Shown one piece after another: positions 1 through 10,602 of a DNA stretch of 41,353 bases (position 1 is its first letter; each line of letters starts with the position of its first letter). The stretch lies in the UHGV virus genome UHGV-0007119. One strand, given 5' to 3'. Source of the stretch: a virus. Under the pieces are notes generated by a model. That model saw nothing but the letters and a program-made list of their open reading frames with translations. It ran no database searches and was not told where the DNA came from. Position numbers and translations under genes: made by a program.

Positions 1-149
1 GATAGCCTCATCAATAATAAGGCTTTATGCTAGATGCATTCCGCTTTGCGACTCAACCTTTTTCACCTAAAGGATGACAAAACCACATAAATAATTTAAA
101 AATCATAGCATTAGATTACTTAATGATTAAATAATAGACTGCAAAACGC

Positions 150-220
150 GACAAAACACAACATATCCAGTCACTATGAATCAACTACTTAGATAGTATT
201 AGTGACCTGAGACAGAGCAT
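150..220. other. att-site P arm with lambda-type Int arm-binding motifs
   Basis: Reverse complement closely matches the remembered lambda attP P-arm (…AGGTCACTAATAC…CATAGTGACTG…); arm-type motifs CAGTCACTAT at 168-177 and AGGTCACTAAT (rc) at 198-208. Confidence 0.6.
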
Positions 221-420
221 TAGCGCAAGGTGATTTTTTGTCTTCTTGCGCTAATTTTTTGTCATCAAAACCTGTCGCACTCCAGAGACGCACAAAGCCT
301 TGCAATCCAGTGCAAAGATTTGTGTGTTTAAATTTTGTCTAAGCATTCTAGTGAAAACATAGTAAAATCAGTAACGGCTGGAAATCATTCAATACTCGCA
401 CTATCGAAAGTTAACCAGCC

Positions 421-470
421 AGCCGCAGTATCCTATCATGACAAGTTACTGCGGCTTTTTATATTTAACG
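421..470 (+). terminator. Intrinsic terminator, candidate sib/tI-like element
   Basis: Perfect 10-bp stem AGCCGCAGTA / TACTGCGGCT (421-430, 447-456), 16-nt loop, then TTTTTATATTT on the plus strand; same strand as int, on the P-arm side of the att core. Confidence 0.45.
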
Positions 471-579
471 GCTCAACAGCCAGATCAGCGGGCACACCAC
501 CAACGGCATAGAAAAATCCATCAGGCTTGCCATATCCCACGCACGTGCTGACATCCTCCATACCATGCAGAACGGGGTT

Positions 580-2730
580 TTACGGCGCACTGGATAAAAT
601 AGACTTCGTCTTCGTAACAATAACATCTACAAAATCACCTGCAGATATAGCTGATGGTACTGTATCTGCAAGAGTAATCTTTCCTGAAGAGATGTTTTGC
701 ACATCTAATAATTTATTTTCAACCCCATCCGTATATACCAATTTGACATCACTGAATGGAGGGTAATAAGTGGCTGTTCCTTGGTATACATATATTTCAC
801 TGCCTGAAATTGATTTCACTACATACCTGCCCCTTACAAGATTAATTTTGATTTCAGATAAATCGGTTTTATAACAGGTAATTCCTGAACCAATGTTAGC
901 CATACTAATATCAGTATCACTATAATAAGTAATTGCTTTTCCTTGTTTTAAGGTGAAGTTATCTTTTCTTTTCCTTGGCAAGGATGTGCTATTTTTGTAA
1001 TATCTACCAGTTAAGCATAGCCATGAAAATGCAGTATTCGCTACATTACCACCAGAATACACAGCTAAACGAATTGCACTAACTGGAACCCCTTCATTAT
1101 TAATCCTGATCTTAATGGAAGAAATGTTAGCAACAGTAGCATATCTATGGTTAGATGAATCCCATTGCATAGAAGAAGTTATTGCTTCTGTTTGTGAAGT
1201 TATGACATTCCCATCTCCATCTAATGCATACAGGTAAATGCGAAACGATGCCGTATCTGCTGAGAATGTAAACATATCACCATTTCTTACTGGTACATCT
1301 CCAGATTCCCATAACAACCCAAAATTCCGCATAAAAGCAAACTTAGAAGAAACCAGGTGACGGATATTATATAAACCATCTACATCTGTTTGATATGCTA
1401 ATACACCAACTTCTCCATTGTTGGCACTGGATATAAATGGGGTGTTAGCATTTAAAGAAAACAATGTTACTTCATCGGATATATTTTCCTGAACATGAAA
1501 TACTGCATTCCCCTTGCCATTATCAGTTACCTCTACATAAGTGTAAGGTGATGGATTGTATGGTTCATTTGTATAGTAAGGAGAACTTAACCATGAAGCC
1601 TCAATTGAGTTATTCCACGTATATTCACCAAAGTTAATTATCAACTGTTGGTTAGTTATGGATGATGGATATCGTTCAAAACGAAACCCGTAGAAGTAAT
1701 TGTTATCACCTCTTTGAATATCAATTTTACCTGCCCCCTCCATAGTTCCACCATAAAACTTATTGTGGTTATGATGATATGGATTATCAGCGAAAATGAT
1801 ATTATTCGTACGATTCAGATAAAAATAGTTTTCATTTATCCATCCTTTCTCAACTCCAAGAAAATGAATTGTATCGACCTTTTTCAGGTTAAAGGTTGAG
1901 TATGCTATTGAATAATCCGTCGATGCCACCGAAGCATTATAATTTGCATATAACTGTAAGTAGTCGCAACGCTCAATGTTAATATGCTGCCCTTTTGCCC
2001 CGATAATACGAATATCCGGTGTCGTTTCAGATGAAATACCAGAATTTCTGATAATCGTTCCGAAGTTTTGTCTTGGGTTGTTAGGGTTTGATGCATTCCC
2101 GCCAAGCAATACCCCTATTCCTGAGTGGGATATGGTAAAAACAGCATTGGTCATTTCGAGGCTGACATTACGAAGATTTAATGTCTCCGTAATAATAAAA
2201 TTACCTTCCGCTCGTAATGTTCTGGATGATTCTCGTGCATATTCTGCAGCCAAGATCAATGCAGATGTGTCATCTGTTATACCATCGCCTTTTGCCCCCC
2301 ACCCTCTTACATCACAATCGTCCCTCCACCGAGATATCTGCAATTCAGGATATTTTTTAGCTCCATCCGGGTCTTCTAATTGCTGCCGTAGTTGATCAGG
2401 GTCATACTTCAGCACATTAGGAAAATAAAACTGCTGAGTGCCATATGCATCATATACAGCCATAGAATGGCCTTGCACAGTTACGAATTTGGCAATCTGC
2501 CCGTTATATACCGGATATCCAGCAGCGTTAATGATGATTGGTTGCGAAACGGGAACATGAGAGCCGTCTTCGTTCTCCACATAAACCTGAATCTGGTTTT
2601 CAGGATTTACCGGGTCAGTGTCAATTTTTCCGATATAAATTTTGCCATTGGCAACCGCTTTAAAAGAACGCGCCATAGTGAAGAGTTGCGAAGGCATCGA
2701 TACGATCACATTGGCTGTAATGTCTGTCAT
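580..2730 (-). CDS. Tailspike protein: P22-type N-terminal head-binding domain, divergent beta-helix receptor-binding domain
   Basis: 716 aa; first ~110 aa ([11 protein letters not shown]…NVLKYDPDQ) match the remembered P22 gp9 head-binding domain; the rest is unrelated with a [13 protein letters not shown] pectate-lyase-like motif and lower GC. Confidence 0.9.
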   Translation of the reverse strand: MTDITANVIVSMPSQLFTMARSFKAVANGKIYIGKIDTDPVNPENQIQVYVENEDGSHVPVSQPIIINAAGYPVYNGQIAKFVTVQGHSMAVYDAYGTQQFYFPNVLKYDPDQLRQQLEDPDGAKKYPELQISRWRDDCDVRGWGAKGDGITDDTSALILAAEYARESSRTLRAEGNFIITETLNLRNVSLEMTNAVFTISHSGIGVLLGGNASNPNNPRQNFGTIIRNSGISSETTPDIRIIGAKGQHINIERCDYLQLYANYNASVASTDYSIAYSTFNLKKVDTIHFLGVEKGWINENYFYLNRTNNIIFADNPYHHNHNKFYGGTMEGAGKIDIQRGDNNYFYGFRFERYPSSITNQQLIINFGEYTWNNSIEASWLSSPYYTNEPYNPSPYTYVEVTDNGKGNAVFHVQENISDEVTLFSLNANTPFISSANNGEVGVLAYQTDVDGLYNIRHLVSSKFAFMRNFGLLWESGDVPVRNGDMFTFSADTASFRIYLYALDGDGNVITSQTEAITSSMQWDSSNHRYATVANISSIKIRINNEGVPVSAIRLAVYSGGNVANTAFSWLCLTGRYYKNSTSLPRKRKDNFTLKQGKAITYYSDTDISMANIGSGITCYKTDLSEIKINLVRGRYVVKSISGSEIYVYQGTATYYPPFSDVKLVYTDGVENKLLDVQNISSGKITLADTVPSAISAGDFVDVIVTKTKSILSSAP

Positions 2731-2830
2731 TTAATTTGCTCCAGATACAATGAATCGCCGCAGCGTGGCCACGGTGAATTTTGGGCATAAAAAAACCCAG
2801 CCGAAGCTGGGTCGTTGCGTTGGTTATCTG

Positions 2831-3766
2831 TCAGTAGTTATGTACTGAAGGAGGTAATTCTTTATTCTTAAGTCTCATCCATGCGGAAAGATTCTTTGGT
2901 CCGTCTGGCTCATTGATATCAACATCTCGTGTGTGATTGATTAAAACGTCTCTCGCCATTCCGATAACATACGAGAACTCATGACCGTAGTCGTAGCATC
3001 TGCCGGAATAGTTCGATTGAATTTGTTTTAATGCCGGATACAGTTCGCGGAATAATGCCTGTGAGCGGTTGGCATAATCCCATAACCATACAAGGCTGTT
3101 TGCTTCTTTTGCAGAAAGCTCGTTGGTTTTCTTCTCTTGTTTGCCAATGAACTCACCTTCAAGCGGAACGCGAGCAGCAAGTGACAGTGCTTCGGTAAAC
3201 TGCTCCTCACTGATTTCTTTGTACGAACATCCAAAATGGGATTTCAGTGACGACCACATGGTGATCATCGCCTTAGCCTGTTTTTCCTTTGGCAGAGACT
3301 GACCGCGACTCATGACGAGTTGTTTAATGGCTTCCTGCTGTTCAGTGGTGATTTTACCCGGCAACGTCTTTTTAGCTTTGCGTGGGTTAACTACATGGCC
3401 TTTAGTCCAGTAGTCATACAGCACGCTAAAGCATTCCTCCTGGTACTGAATCAGTTTATCACGGATGTCAGCACGAACTTTCTCAGGGTTGATGCTGAAC
3501 AGCCATCCATTTAACTTCTTCAAAGGAAGGCAGAGTAGCTTACGAAGCTTCCCATCAGCGGCAACCATGTTCATATGAACACAGTTGAATTTGCTAATCT
3601 GCTTCATGAGTTTTGTTTGCTGCGTTGACCAGCTCATTCCAAGGTTTTCAACGATTGGCTTCATCGCAACGTATGCAACTCCGGCAGCCATGGCGGTGAT
3701 AATTTGCTGACCGTTGAATGGTACGTAAGAGGTGTTCACTGCTTCTAAAATTGCTATACTATTCAT
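2831..3766 (-). CDS. ant: Antirepressor Ant (P22 immI type)
   Basis: Start at internal Met ([21 protein letters not shown]…) preceded by GGAGAAAAACCAAC; sits directly downstream of arc as in P22 immI. Confidence 0.85.
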   Translation of the reverse strand: MNSIAILEAVNTSYVPFNGQQIITAMAAGVAYVAMKPIVENLGMSWSTQQTKLMKQISKFNCVHMNMVAADGKLRKLLCLPLKKLNGWLFSINPEKVRADIRDKLIQYQEECFSVLYDYWTKGHVVNPRKAKKTLPGKITTEQQEAIKQLVMSRGQSLPKEKQAKAMITMWSSLKSHFGCSYKEISEEQFTEALSLAARVPLEGEFIGKQEKKTNELSAKEANSLVWLWDYANRSQALFRELYPALKQIQSNYSGRCYDYGHEFSYVIGMARDVLINHTRDVDINEPDGPKNLSAWMRLKNKELPPSVHNY

Positions 3767-3834
3767 GTTGGTTTTTCTCCACGGATTTACTGACAACCGA
3801 AGCCCTGACTGTTCCCGCAGTTGGGGCTTCAACT

Positions 3835-3996
3835 TTACGCGCCAATGCGCCCTTCCTTCTTAAAGCTTTCCATTACTCTCTGATAAATCTCAGAGTTAAC
3901 AGACCGACCATTCTCTTCCGCCACCTTGCGTACCAAATCCAATACTTCTTTAGGCCACCGCAAATTGAACTGCGGCATCTTGCTCATTCCTTTCAT
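3835..3996 (-). CDS. arc: Arc repressor
   Basis: 53 aa from internal Met: [53 protein letters not shown], essentially the remembered P22 Arc. Confidence 0.9.
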   Translation of the reverse strand: MKGMSKMPQFNLRWPKEVLDLVRKVAEENGRSVNSEIYQRVMESFKKEGRIGA

Positions 3997-4086
3997 ATTC
4001 ACCTCACAATATAGGTCCACCGTGGACCTATTGAGAATATAGTAGAGTGCTTCTATCATGTCAATACACTAACTTGGAGTGATGGC
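3997..4086. promoter_or_regulatory. immI control region (divergent Pant/Pmnt) with Mnt and Arc operators
   Basis: 17-bp palindrome AGGTCCACCGTGGACCT at 4013-4029 (Mnt operator type); ATAGTAGAGTGCTTCTATCAT at 4039-4059 is the reverse complement of the remembered Arc operator. Confidence 0.75.
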
Positions 4087-4338
4087 ATGGCTAGAGATGA
4101 TCCGCACTTTAACTTCCGTATGCCTATGGAAGTAAGGGAGAAATTAAAATTCAGGGCGGAGGCGAATGGGAGATCAATGAACTCCGAGTTGTTACAAATC
4201 GTCCAAGATGCTCTATCAAAACCATCGCCTGTGACTGGATATCGCGACGATGCAGAACGACTCGCTGATGAGCAGTCAGAGCTTGTTAAGAAGATGGTGT
4301 TTGATACGCTGAAGGATTTGTACAAAAAACCCACCTGA
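4087..4338 (+). CDS. mnt: Mnt repressor
   Basis: 83 aa, MARDDPHFNFRMPMEVREKLKFRAEANGRSMNSELLQIVQDAL…, near-identical to remembered P22 Mnt. Confidence 0.9.
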   Translation: MARDDPHFNFRMPMEVREKLKFRAEANGRSMNSELLQIVQDALSKPSPVTGYRDDAERLADEQSELVKKMVFDTLKDLYKKPT

Positions 4339-4348
4339 AGGTGGGTCC
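4324..4348. terminator. Bidirectional intrinsic terminator between convergent mnt and the lipoprotein gene
   Basis: Stem CCCACC/GGTGGG with loop TGAA, flanked by AAAAAA on the plus strand (T-run on the minus strand) and a weaker T-rich tract downstream on the plus strand. Confidence 0.55.
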
Positions 4349-4354
4349 TATTTA

Positions 4355-4774
4355 TTAGTCTTGCTTTGTTGATGGTATAAGAGATGCGTTTGCCTCTTTT
4401 GGCTTCAAGGTATACATTCCACCATTAAATGGATCTACAGCAAGCCAACCAATTAACCCACCAAACACAAGGTTCCCACCAATATACCAACCATTAGCAT
4501 TGGCTTTGATTGGCAGGGTAACTGGTTCATACCCATCCTTCTCCATAGTGATCTGGTAGCTCTTTTTGCCAAAATAGCTACCATCTGACTTGGCGAGCGT
4601 TACACCTTGTGGGGTCTTACCTTGCGCAACAATCACACCTGACTCATCTTTTACCTTAAAGCTCGCGCCAGAAGGATTGCTGTTCACTTGCACAAGTTGC
4701 GTTTCATCACCAACAATAGTTGCGCACCCAGATAACATGATAACGCCAGCAACGACGCTAATAATCCTCTTCAT
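4355..4774 (-). CDS. Lipoprotein of unknown function (moron at the P22 sieA position)
   Basis: Start at internal Met MKRIISVVAGVIMLSGC: signal peptide plus lipobox LSGC; glycine-rich C-terminal segment; AT-rich relative to neighbours. Confidence 0.7.
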   Translation of the reverse strand: MKRIISVVAGVIMLSGCATIVGDETQLVQVNSNPSGASFKVKDESGVIVAQGKTPQGVTLAKSDGSYFGKKSYQITMEKDGYEPVTLPIKANANGWYIGGNLVFGGLIGWLAVDPFNGGMYTLKPKEANASLIPSTKQD

Positions 4775-4892
4775 ATCAATTTCCATATTTAAAAAAAACG
4801 GAAACATCCTAATGACAAATCATTCAAATGTGAAGTAGGCAAAAGATGTTTACTTTTTTCATGGTATCCTGCTCAAAACTAAGGAGGTTGGT

Positions 4893-5216
4893 GTGTATAC
4901 AACAGTTATCGTGATAGCTATCGCACTCATTGTGGTTCAGTACCAACTGGCATCTTTAAAACAAAAGATATCTGACCTCAAGACTGAGAACGAAGCACTT
5001 AAAAACTCAATAAAAGATGAGAAGAACAAACTATCATTCACTATATCTGATATTGAGCAATCCATTGAAATTATTGAGAATAATATTAACAGACTAAAAA
5101 AAGAAGATATTCATGAAATCAATGACAATATCAAGGGTTTGAAATCTTGGCTTAGGAATGTAGGGCAAATCGCCACATCAACACGAGATAAGCTCAATCC
5201 ATCCATGGATGATTAA
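4893..5216 (+). CDS. Small membrane-anchored coiled-coil protein, unknown function
   Basis: GTG start 5 nt after AGGAGG (4882-4887); N-terminal hydrophobic helix (YTTVIVIAIALIVV) then heptad-like charged region; divergent from the lipoprotein gene; AT-rich. Confidence 0.55.
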   Translation: MYTTVIVIAIALIVVQYQLASLKQKISDLKTENEALKNSIKDEKNKLSFTISDIEQSIEIIENNINRLKKEDIHEINDNIKGLKSWLRNVGQIATSTRDKLNPSMDD

Positions 5217-7376
5217 TTACTCCTGTGCTATTCCGCTTAGCGACGCTACAATGCCAGCCCTCGCTAAGCGATTGAACTCTTCGTTTCCAACTGCATCACG
5301 TATTGCTTTTACGGCGGCTTTATTTGCCATAAATCTGCGTTCCGCCGCCGCTAATGCTTCTTTACTTCCGCCAGCTCTTACTGCTTTCGTGGCTTCCTGA
5401 ACTGCTTTCTCTATCGCATATCGACCGCTACGCGTGGTGGCAATTTTAGATACAGCGCCTTTTAACCCGGCGCCAACTAAAGCACCTGCGGCAGCGCCTG
5501 CAATGCCCCCTCCTGCTCCACCAACAATGGCACCTGATGTTGAGTTGGCAATTGCATTTAACACTGTTGATGTGACGTTGGATAAACCGGCATCCAGATC
5601 GCGTAGTACATTGGCAGTTCTCCCTGTTCTTTCAATATACTGCTGAGGTTTCACTGCTGCTCTTGCAAGAGTGCCATATGCATCAGCAATTCTTCCAAGT
5701 TCTGAGGAATATCGGCTAATGGCTTTTACATTTTGTGGAGTGAGTATCTCTGCGATATGGTTAATTCCTGCTGCATCAGCTTTGCCACCACGTACACCAT
5801 GCGAGATAGCATCTTGCAACATTGATGATATAGCAGGAACACGCTCTGATTCTGGCAGCGCGCGGATCATAGAATGGAACCCAGCAGGACCATTAAGACC
5901 TTTAGCTGACGATGATTGAAGGGATTTTACTCCATTCGTAATCAGTGCATCTGTTGCCAAATCACGTCCGAAAACAGACTCTGCACTCTCTTGTGCTGAT
6001 AACCTCGCTTTAGACAGATCATTAGCTTTTTGCCAGTCATCAAGAAATCCGCCGTTTTCCGCCATTGTGCGCATATCATCAGTAATTGCCCGGCGTATTT
6101 CCCCTGCTCTCCTTGCCGCATTTGCCTCTCCGCTACGCTTATATTTTTGCTCCGCATCAGCAAATTTCGCTCTCCATGCTTTCATGCCATCAAATGTTAC
6201 TCCACCTTGATTGTTTGCCTGAACAAACTGTTTCATTTCAGGAGTAAGCGGTATGCCGGCAGATCGCTCTGCCTGAATAACGGCATTACCATTTAGCATT
6301 CTTGCTTTTTGATTTGGCATTGTTGACCGCACGTCATCCCATGCCGCGCGCTCGGCATCCTTCATCTGATCAAGATTTTGAAGAATCCTTTGTTTTATAG
6401 CCGCACTTTTTTCTGATGCCGTTCCAGATGCGGCCCCAAATTCATCAAGGTTTCGACTTAACTTTGATGATATTTCGTTAAATGCTGCCTGATGGGCGTC
6501 CTGAACAATTCCTGGTGTTGATGCCAATGCGCCTTCGGCTTGTGCAATTCCACGACTTCCAGATCGCATTCCTGGTGTTAATGCGTTTATATCAATTCCA
6601 GCAGACTCAGCCGCTTTTGCTACATCTTCGGACACATTAGCGGCCTGACTGGCAATTGACTGACGCCCAGCACCTGACTTTGCCATCCTGGAAACATCAT
6701 TAGCAGAATTCAGTGCTGCACCACCAAGAGCCTGTGAAACCCTTGGAGCAATAACGCGCCCGACACCTGAAAGAACGCCTTGAGCACCAATATTGATACC
6801 ACCGTTAATGGCAGCATTTTGTGCAAAGTCGCCCTCCTGATTTGCAGCATCAGCAAGAGAACCTGCAATCATGTTTCCTGCGGAACCGATATCTCCAGCG
6901 AGCTTTGCTGGCGCTCCAGCAGCTTTTGCCGCTGTGCCAATTGGCAGGAGATACCCACCAATTGTTTCACCGGCTTGCGCGTAAGGGTCTGTAGGTCGAT
7001 CGACAGGGCGATAAACATCATCCAAAACCTTGGGGCCACCAAGCCCCTGGCTGATTGCATTAATCAGACTTGCGCCACCCTGCAATACGTCAAATGGTAT
7101 GTTTACCAGACCACGACCAGCCTGCTCTGCAATTTGCCCTGCACTTTGACCACCTGTGAGCCAATCGCCAGCTTGTTGCATCAATGATGGTTCTTCTTTC
7201 TGCTGCTGAGGCGGAGGGTATGCTGCATAAAACTGGTCTCTTGCTTCAGCCCATTTGTCACCAGCCTTAGGGGCAACAACCTCATCAAAATATTGCGCTT
7301 GAGCCTGTGCTTTCTGTTCTTCAGTTAACGCCTGATACTGTGGAGAGGCGATAACATCTTTCCATGCTTTAGCCAT
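5217..7376 (-). CDS. Ejection (E) protein, P22 gp16-like
   Basis: 719 aa, Ala/Gly/Gln-rich, last gene of the conserved P22-order block 4-10-26-14-7-20-16. Confidence 0.8.
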   Translation of the reverse strand: MAKAWKDVIASPQYQALTEEQKAQAQAQYFDEVVAPKAGDKWAEARDQFYAAYPPPQQQKEEPSLMQQAGDWLTGGQSAGQIAEQAGRGLVNIPFDVLQGGASLINAISQGLGGPKVLDDVYRPVDRPTDPYAQAGETIGGYLLPIGTAAKAAGAPAKLAGDIGSAGNMIAGSLADAANQEGDFAQNAAINGGINIGAQGVLSGVGRVIAPRVSQALGGAALNSANDVSRMAKSGAGRQSIASQAANVSEDVAKAAESAGIDINALTPGMRSGSRGIAQAEGALASTPGIVQDAHQAAFNEISSKLSRNLDEFGAASGTASEKSAAIKQRILQNLDQMKDAERAAWDDVRSTMPNQKARMLNGNAVIQAERSAGIPLTPEMKQFVQANNQGGVTFDGMKAWRAKFADAEQKYKRSGEANAARRAGEIRRAITDDMRTMAENGGFLDDWQKANDLSKARLSAQESAESVFGRDLATDALITNGVKSLQSSSAKGLNGPAGFHSMIRALPESERVPAISSMLQDAISHGVRGGKADAAGINHIAEILTPQNVKAISRYSSELGRIADAYGTLARAAVKPQQYIERTGRTANVLRDLDAGLSNVTSTVLNAIANSTSGAIVGGAGGGIAGAAAGALVGAGLKGAVSKIATTRSGRYAIEKAVQEATKAVRAGGSKEALAAAERRFMANKAAVKAIRDAVGNEEFNRLARAGIVASLSGIAQE

Positions 7377-8740
7377 TAATCACCCCATAGTGAAGAAAAA
7401 TTACTGCTGGCTGCTGGCTGTGATACCTGTGTAGGTTGAGATTGCTGCCGCTGAGATTTACCAACATTAACGTTATATTGCTGGTTGTAATTGTCGGTAT
7501 ATTGCTGAATGTCGCGCATTGATTGTTGCAGTGCTTCAGGGCTTGAGAAATCAACCTGTGGCATACCTTGAAAATACATCTTTGCTTCTGCAACGGTGTT
7601 GATACCGGATGCCCCCATGTCTCTGGCTGCTGCAATGCCCTGATTCTGCATCTTTCCTTGGATTCGCTGTGCAGCGTTGTATAGTTTCCTCTGATCACCA
7701 CCAGATGCACGGCTACGAATATCTGCACCAAGAGCAGGAGAACCTGAAGAGCCTGTAATGCCAGTCATGAAGCCAAGATCGTCAATTGATGCACCAGAAA
7801 TTGCATCAAGATCTTTCTTCATTGCGTAATTCTGCGCGCTTGCTGCCGATGTAGCCGGAGCGGCAATAGAGCCAGCAGGGACGCGAACCATATTCCCCTC
7901 GTTGTCGATACCTTCGTAGAACGCATTAGCCCCAGCGCCGTGAAGCTTCCCGCCTACCGTTACAGTTCTGCCATCTGCTAACTGAACTGTACGCTCATTA
8001 TTCCCAACCGACCCTTTCATTGATGCTCTCTGCATCGATAAATCCTGACCGCGCATCGTGATATTCTGACCACGCGCTGTTAGCGCCTCGCCAGCCTGAT
8101 TGCTGCGGATTGTCTCTGCCAGTCTGCCTCGGTCAATCTCACGACCAGCCATCTTGTCCTGAACAGCAAACGCCTTTTCTGGTCCAAGCGCACCGAGAGA
8201 CATAGTAGTCAGCATGTGTGATAGCTGCTCTGGATTCTGGATACCTGTCTGAATCATCCAGTCAGCATTAGCACCAACGCGATTTAACCTGTCCTTGTTG
8301 TCAGTAATGAATTTACTGTAGGCTTCCGGCCCCTGAGAAAGAGCGACGTTAGCCCTCATGGCTAAATCGCCCATATCGTTGCGTTGCTGCTCATTAAGAC
8401 CTGAAAACGCCTGTTGTGCCTGTGCAACAAACGCTGGATTTTCCTGGGCAAACTTAAATAGTCCCGATGGATCACCAGAAGCCCATGCATCAGCATGAAC
8501 CTTATTGAACGCACTAATAGCTTTCTGTTGCTGTTCCTGCTTATAAATATCAGCAACTCCAGCCAGACCACGTAACGCGGTCAGACCAACGTTATTTGCA
8601 CCTGAGCGAGCCAGTTCATTGTTTTCGCGGATCAGACCAAGCGTTGCGTTAATGTCGCTTGCCTTTGGCGCATTCTCATTTTGCGCACCGATGCCAGCAA
8701 GAAACCCACCAGAATTAATACCCTGTTGCCACGTAGCCAT
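7376..8740 (-). CDS. Ejection (E) protein, P22 gp20-like
   Basis: 454 aa; synteny; start overlaps the downstream gene. Confidence 0.8.
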   Translation of the reverse strand: MATWQQGINSGGFLAGIGAQNENAPKASDINATLGLIRENNELARSGANNVGLTALRGLAGVADIYKQEQQQKAISAFNKVHADAWASGDPSGLFKFAQENPAFVAQAQQAFSGLNEQQRNDMGDLAMRANVALSQGPEAYSKFITDNKDRLNRVGANADWMIQTGIQNPEQLSHMLTTMSLGALGPEKAFAVQDKMAGREIDRGRLAETIRSNQAGEALTARGQNITMRGQDLSMQRASMKGSVGNNERTVQLADGRTVTVGGKLHGAGANAFYEGIDNEGNMVRVPAGSIAAPATSAASAQNYAMKKDLDAISGASIDDLGFMTGITGSSGSPALGADIRSRASGGDQRKLYNAAQRIQGKMQNQGIAAARDMGASGINTVAEAKMYFQGMPQVDFSSPEALQQSMRDIQQYTDNYNQQYNVNVGKSQRQQSQPTQVSQPAASSNFSSLWGD

Positions 8741-8750
8741 TGATTACCCC

Positions 8751-9443
8751 TTAAAACAACGAGCCAAGCAGACCAAGACCAGCACCGATACCAGCACCCC
8801 ACGGAGTTGATAGCTCGAGAGCACTGGCTATGCCACCACCCAAAAGTGCACCGGATGCAGCACCACTAACCCCCTGCTGCAATGCTGACGGTCGGTTGGC
8901 GTTTGCCGCAGCCAGCGCCGCGCTTTGCTGTGAAATCTGACTCATGTTGTTGGCATATGTTTGCCCGGCGTTTGCCTGTCCCTGAAGAGCGCCAAGACCG
9001 ATATTTGCCAGGTTGTTGTAATTGTTCATTTGTCCAGATAGCCATTGCTGACCAAGCGTTGGTGCGATTGTTGCTAACTGATTACTGGTTGCGGTGGAAC
9101 CCAATCCACCTGTTGCTTCCGCTGCAGCCAGACTCTGATAGCGAGCCTGACCTGCAAGGTCTTTATACTGCTGAGAGTTGTAATACTGGTTAAGCGCCTG
9201 ACCTTGCCCTTCCAGAGACGATAAGTTCTCGAGGCTGCCGACATACTTATCAGCCAGAGGAGTAAACGGCTTCAGGTTGTTCATGATGGTGTTGAACTGC
9301 TGATTCTGCAGGTCTGCGGCATACTTCTGAGCTTCTGCTGCATACTTAGCGCTTTTATCAGAACTGCCACCTTTCCCACCTTTTTCAGGGCAATAAGGTT
9401 CCTCGCCGCGCAGTTTTCTGCCCAGCTTAAATGCATATAACAT
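8751..9443 (-). CDS. Ejection (E) protein, P22 gp7-like
   Basis: 230 aa (P22 gp7 is about 229 aa); synteny. Confidence 0.75.
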   Translation of the reverse strand: MLYAFKLGRKLRGEEPYCPEKGGKGGSSDKSAKYAAEAQKYAADLQNQQFNTIMNNLKPFTPLADKYVGSLENLSSLEGQGQALNQYYNSQQYKDLAGQARYQSLAAAEATGGLGSTATSNQLATIAPTLGQQWLSGQMNNYNNLANIGLGALQGQANAGQTYANNMSQISQQSAALAAANANRPSALQQGVSGAASGALLGGGIASALELSTPWGAGIGAGLGLLGSLF

Positions 9444-9445
9444 GG

Positions 9446-9901
9446 CTATCTCCCGTGATTCAGGAAGTCGATTAGTTCTTCGCGTGTGGCGCTGTAAAAA
9501 GTCACGTCATCCACGCCTTTGAAGTATTTCTTGATGGTTCCTACACGCTTAAGGCCAATAATTGCGCAGTACATCTGCCCGTGGCGGAATTTGCGTGCAG
9601 CGAACGATGTGACGCACTGAACGGTGGTGTTAGTCAGAATGTATCGCCAGAACGCCAGCCCGATTTCCTTGCTGAATCCGCGAACCTCTGGCAGGTACAT
9701 GGCGTGGCAATCGAATGTAAGCGGCTGAATCTCCTGGTAGTAAACAATGCCGCCAAACTGACCGTGCACGTTAACCTCAAAGTAACGGCATTCAGGCTTG
9801 TAGTCGTATCCATCACCGTTGTTGCTTCCAGCAATAATGTCAGGGTGATTTCCTACTGCTTCTATCAGGTCGATGTTTCGCGTTGGTTTGAATGTAATCA
9901 T
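9446..9901 (-). CDS. P22 gp14-like virion assembly/ejection-associated protein
   Basis: 151 aa, between tail needle and gp7-like gene; ATGA overlap with the tail-needle stop. Confidence 0.7.
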   Translation of the reverse strand: MITFKPTRNIDLIEAVGNHPDIIAGSNNGDGYDYKPECRYFEVNVHGQFGGIVYYQEIQPLTFDCHAMYLPEVRGFSKEIGLAFWRYILTNTTVQCVTSFAARKFRHGQMYCAIIGLKRVGTIKKYFKGVDDVTFYSATREELIDFLNHGR

Positions 9902-10602
9902 CAGTCAATCAGCCCATGTAATCTAAGTGCTGTTTCAAGCGCCAGAATACGCTGCCGCGCCTGCTGCAAACCTGTAGCGAGAGCTGCGACTTCGGATTGT
10001 GTGTACGTAGTGCCGACAGTGTATGACTGGTTAGCGTTGAATGAGCCAAGAAGTGGCGTACCTGTGGCTGCAGTCCATCCGGTATTTCTTGCTCCAACAA
10101 CCTGAATTCCATCAACTGAATATGATGTTTTTACATCCAGCGGTGACGCAAGAGACTGCAATTTGGTTACGGTTTTCGATACGTAATCACTCTTAATGTC
10201 AGATACATCGCTTTCTACGCCATCCAGTCTTTTGTCAACAGTGACCAGATGCGCCTGAATATCGATAACCTCATCCAGCAAGTAATCAACATCGCTACGC
10301 AGTACGACTATCTTCCCTTCGGCGGTTGTTAACCTGACCTCAAGGAGATTTATCGCTTTTGTGTTTGCGGTGATTCTTGAATCGTGATCTGCCAGTTCGA
10401 CGTCCTGTTCATCGTTTTTCACCTGAGCATCGTAAGCGCCCTGACCAGCCTGATTTGCCTTCCCGGCAATTGCGCCGACATCAGCCCCCTGATTAATGAC
10501 ATACAGCAGGTAAGACTGGCTGAATATATTGCGTGGAAGGATTGATGTATCGAGCCGCGTCGCCTGCACAATAACAGGGGTGTTGAGATTCGAATCAGCC
10601 AT
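9901..10602 (-). CDS. Tail needle protein (P22 gp26-like)
   Basis: From internal Met [18 protein letters not shown]…; matches remembered gp26 N-terminus and C-terminal …QARQRI…HGLID; TAATG overlap with the gp10 stop. Confidence 0.85.
   Translation of the reverse strand: MADSNLNTPVIVQATRLDTSILPRNIFSQSYLLYVINQGADVGAIAGKANQAGQGAYDAQVKNDEQDVELADHDSRITANTKAINLLEVRLTTAEGKIVVLRSDVDYLLDEVIDIQAHLVTVDKRLDGVESDVSDIKSDYVSKTVTKLQSLASPLDVKTSYSVDGIQVVGARNTGWTAATGTPLLGSFNANQSYTVGTTYTQSEVAALATGLQQARQRILALETALRLHGLID

Noticed and set aside
527-766. 79-aa plus-strand ORF at the left end
   Set aside because: Lies antisense within the 3' end of the tailspike gene, with no RBS or recognisable features; most likely a spurious overlap ORF.
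9581-10105. 174-aa plus-strand ORF, and similar long antisense ORFs (for example 15018-15470, 17084-17527, 17708-18190, 26403-26927, 6780-7187, 1976-2395)
   Set aside because: All lie antisense to well-supported phage structural or replication genes, lack start contexts, and have repetitive low-complexity translations typical of antisense frames.
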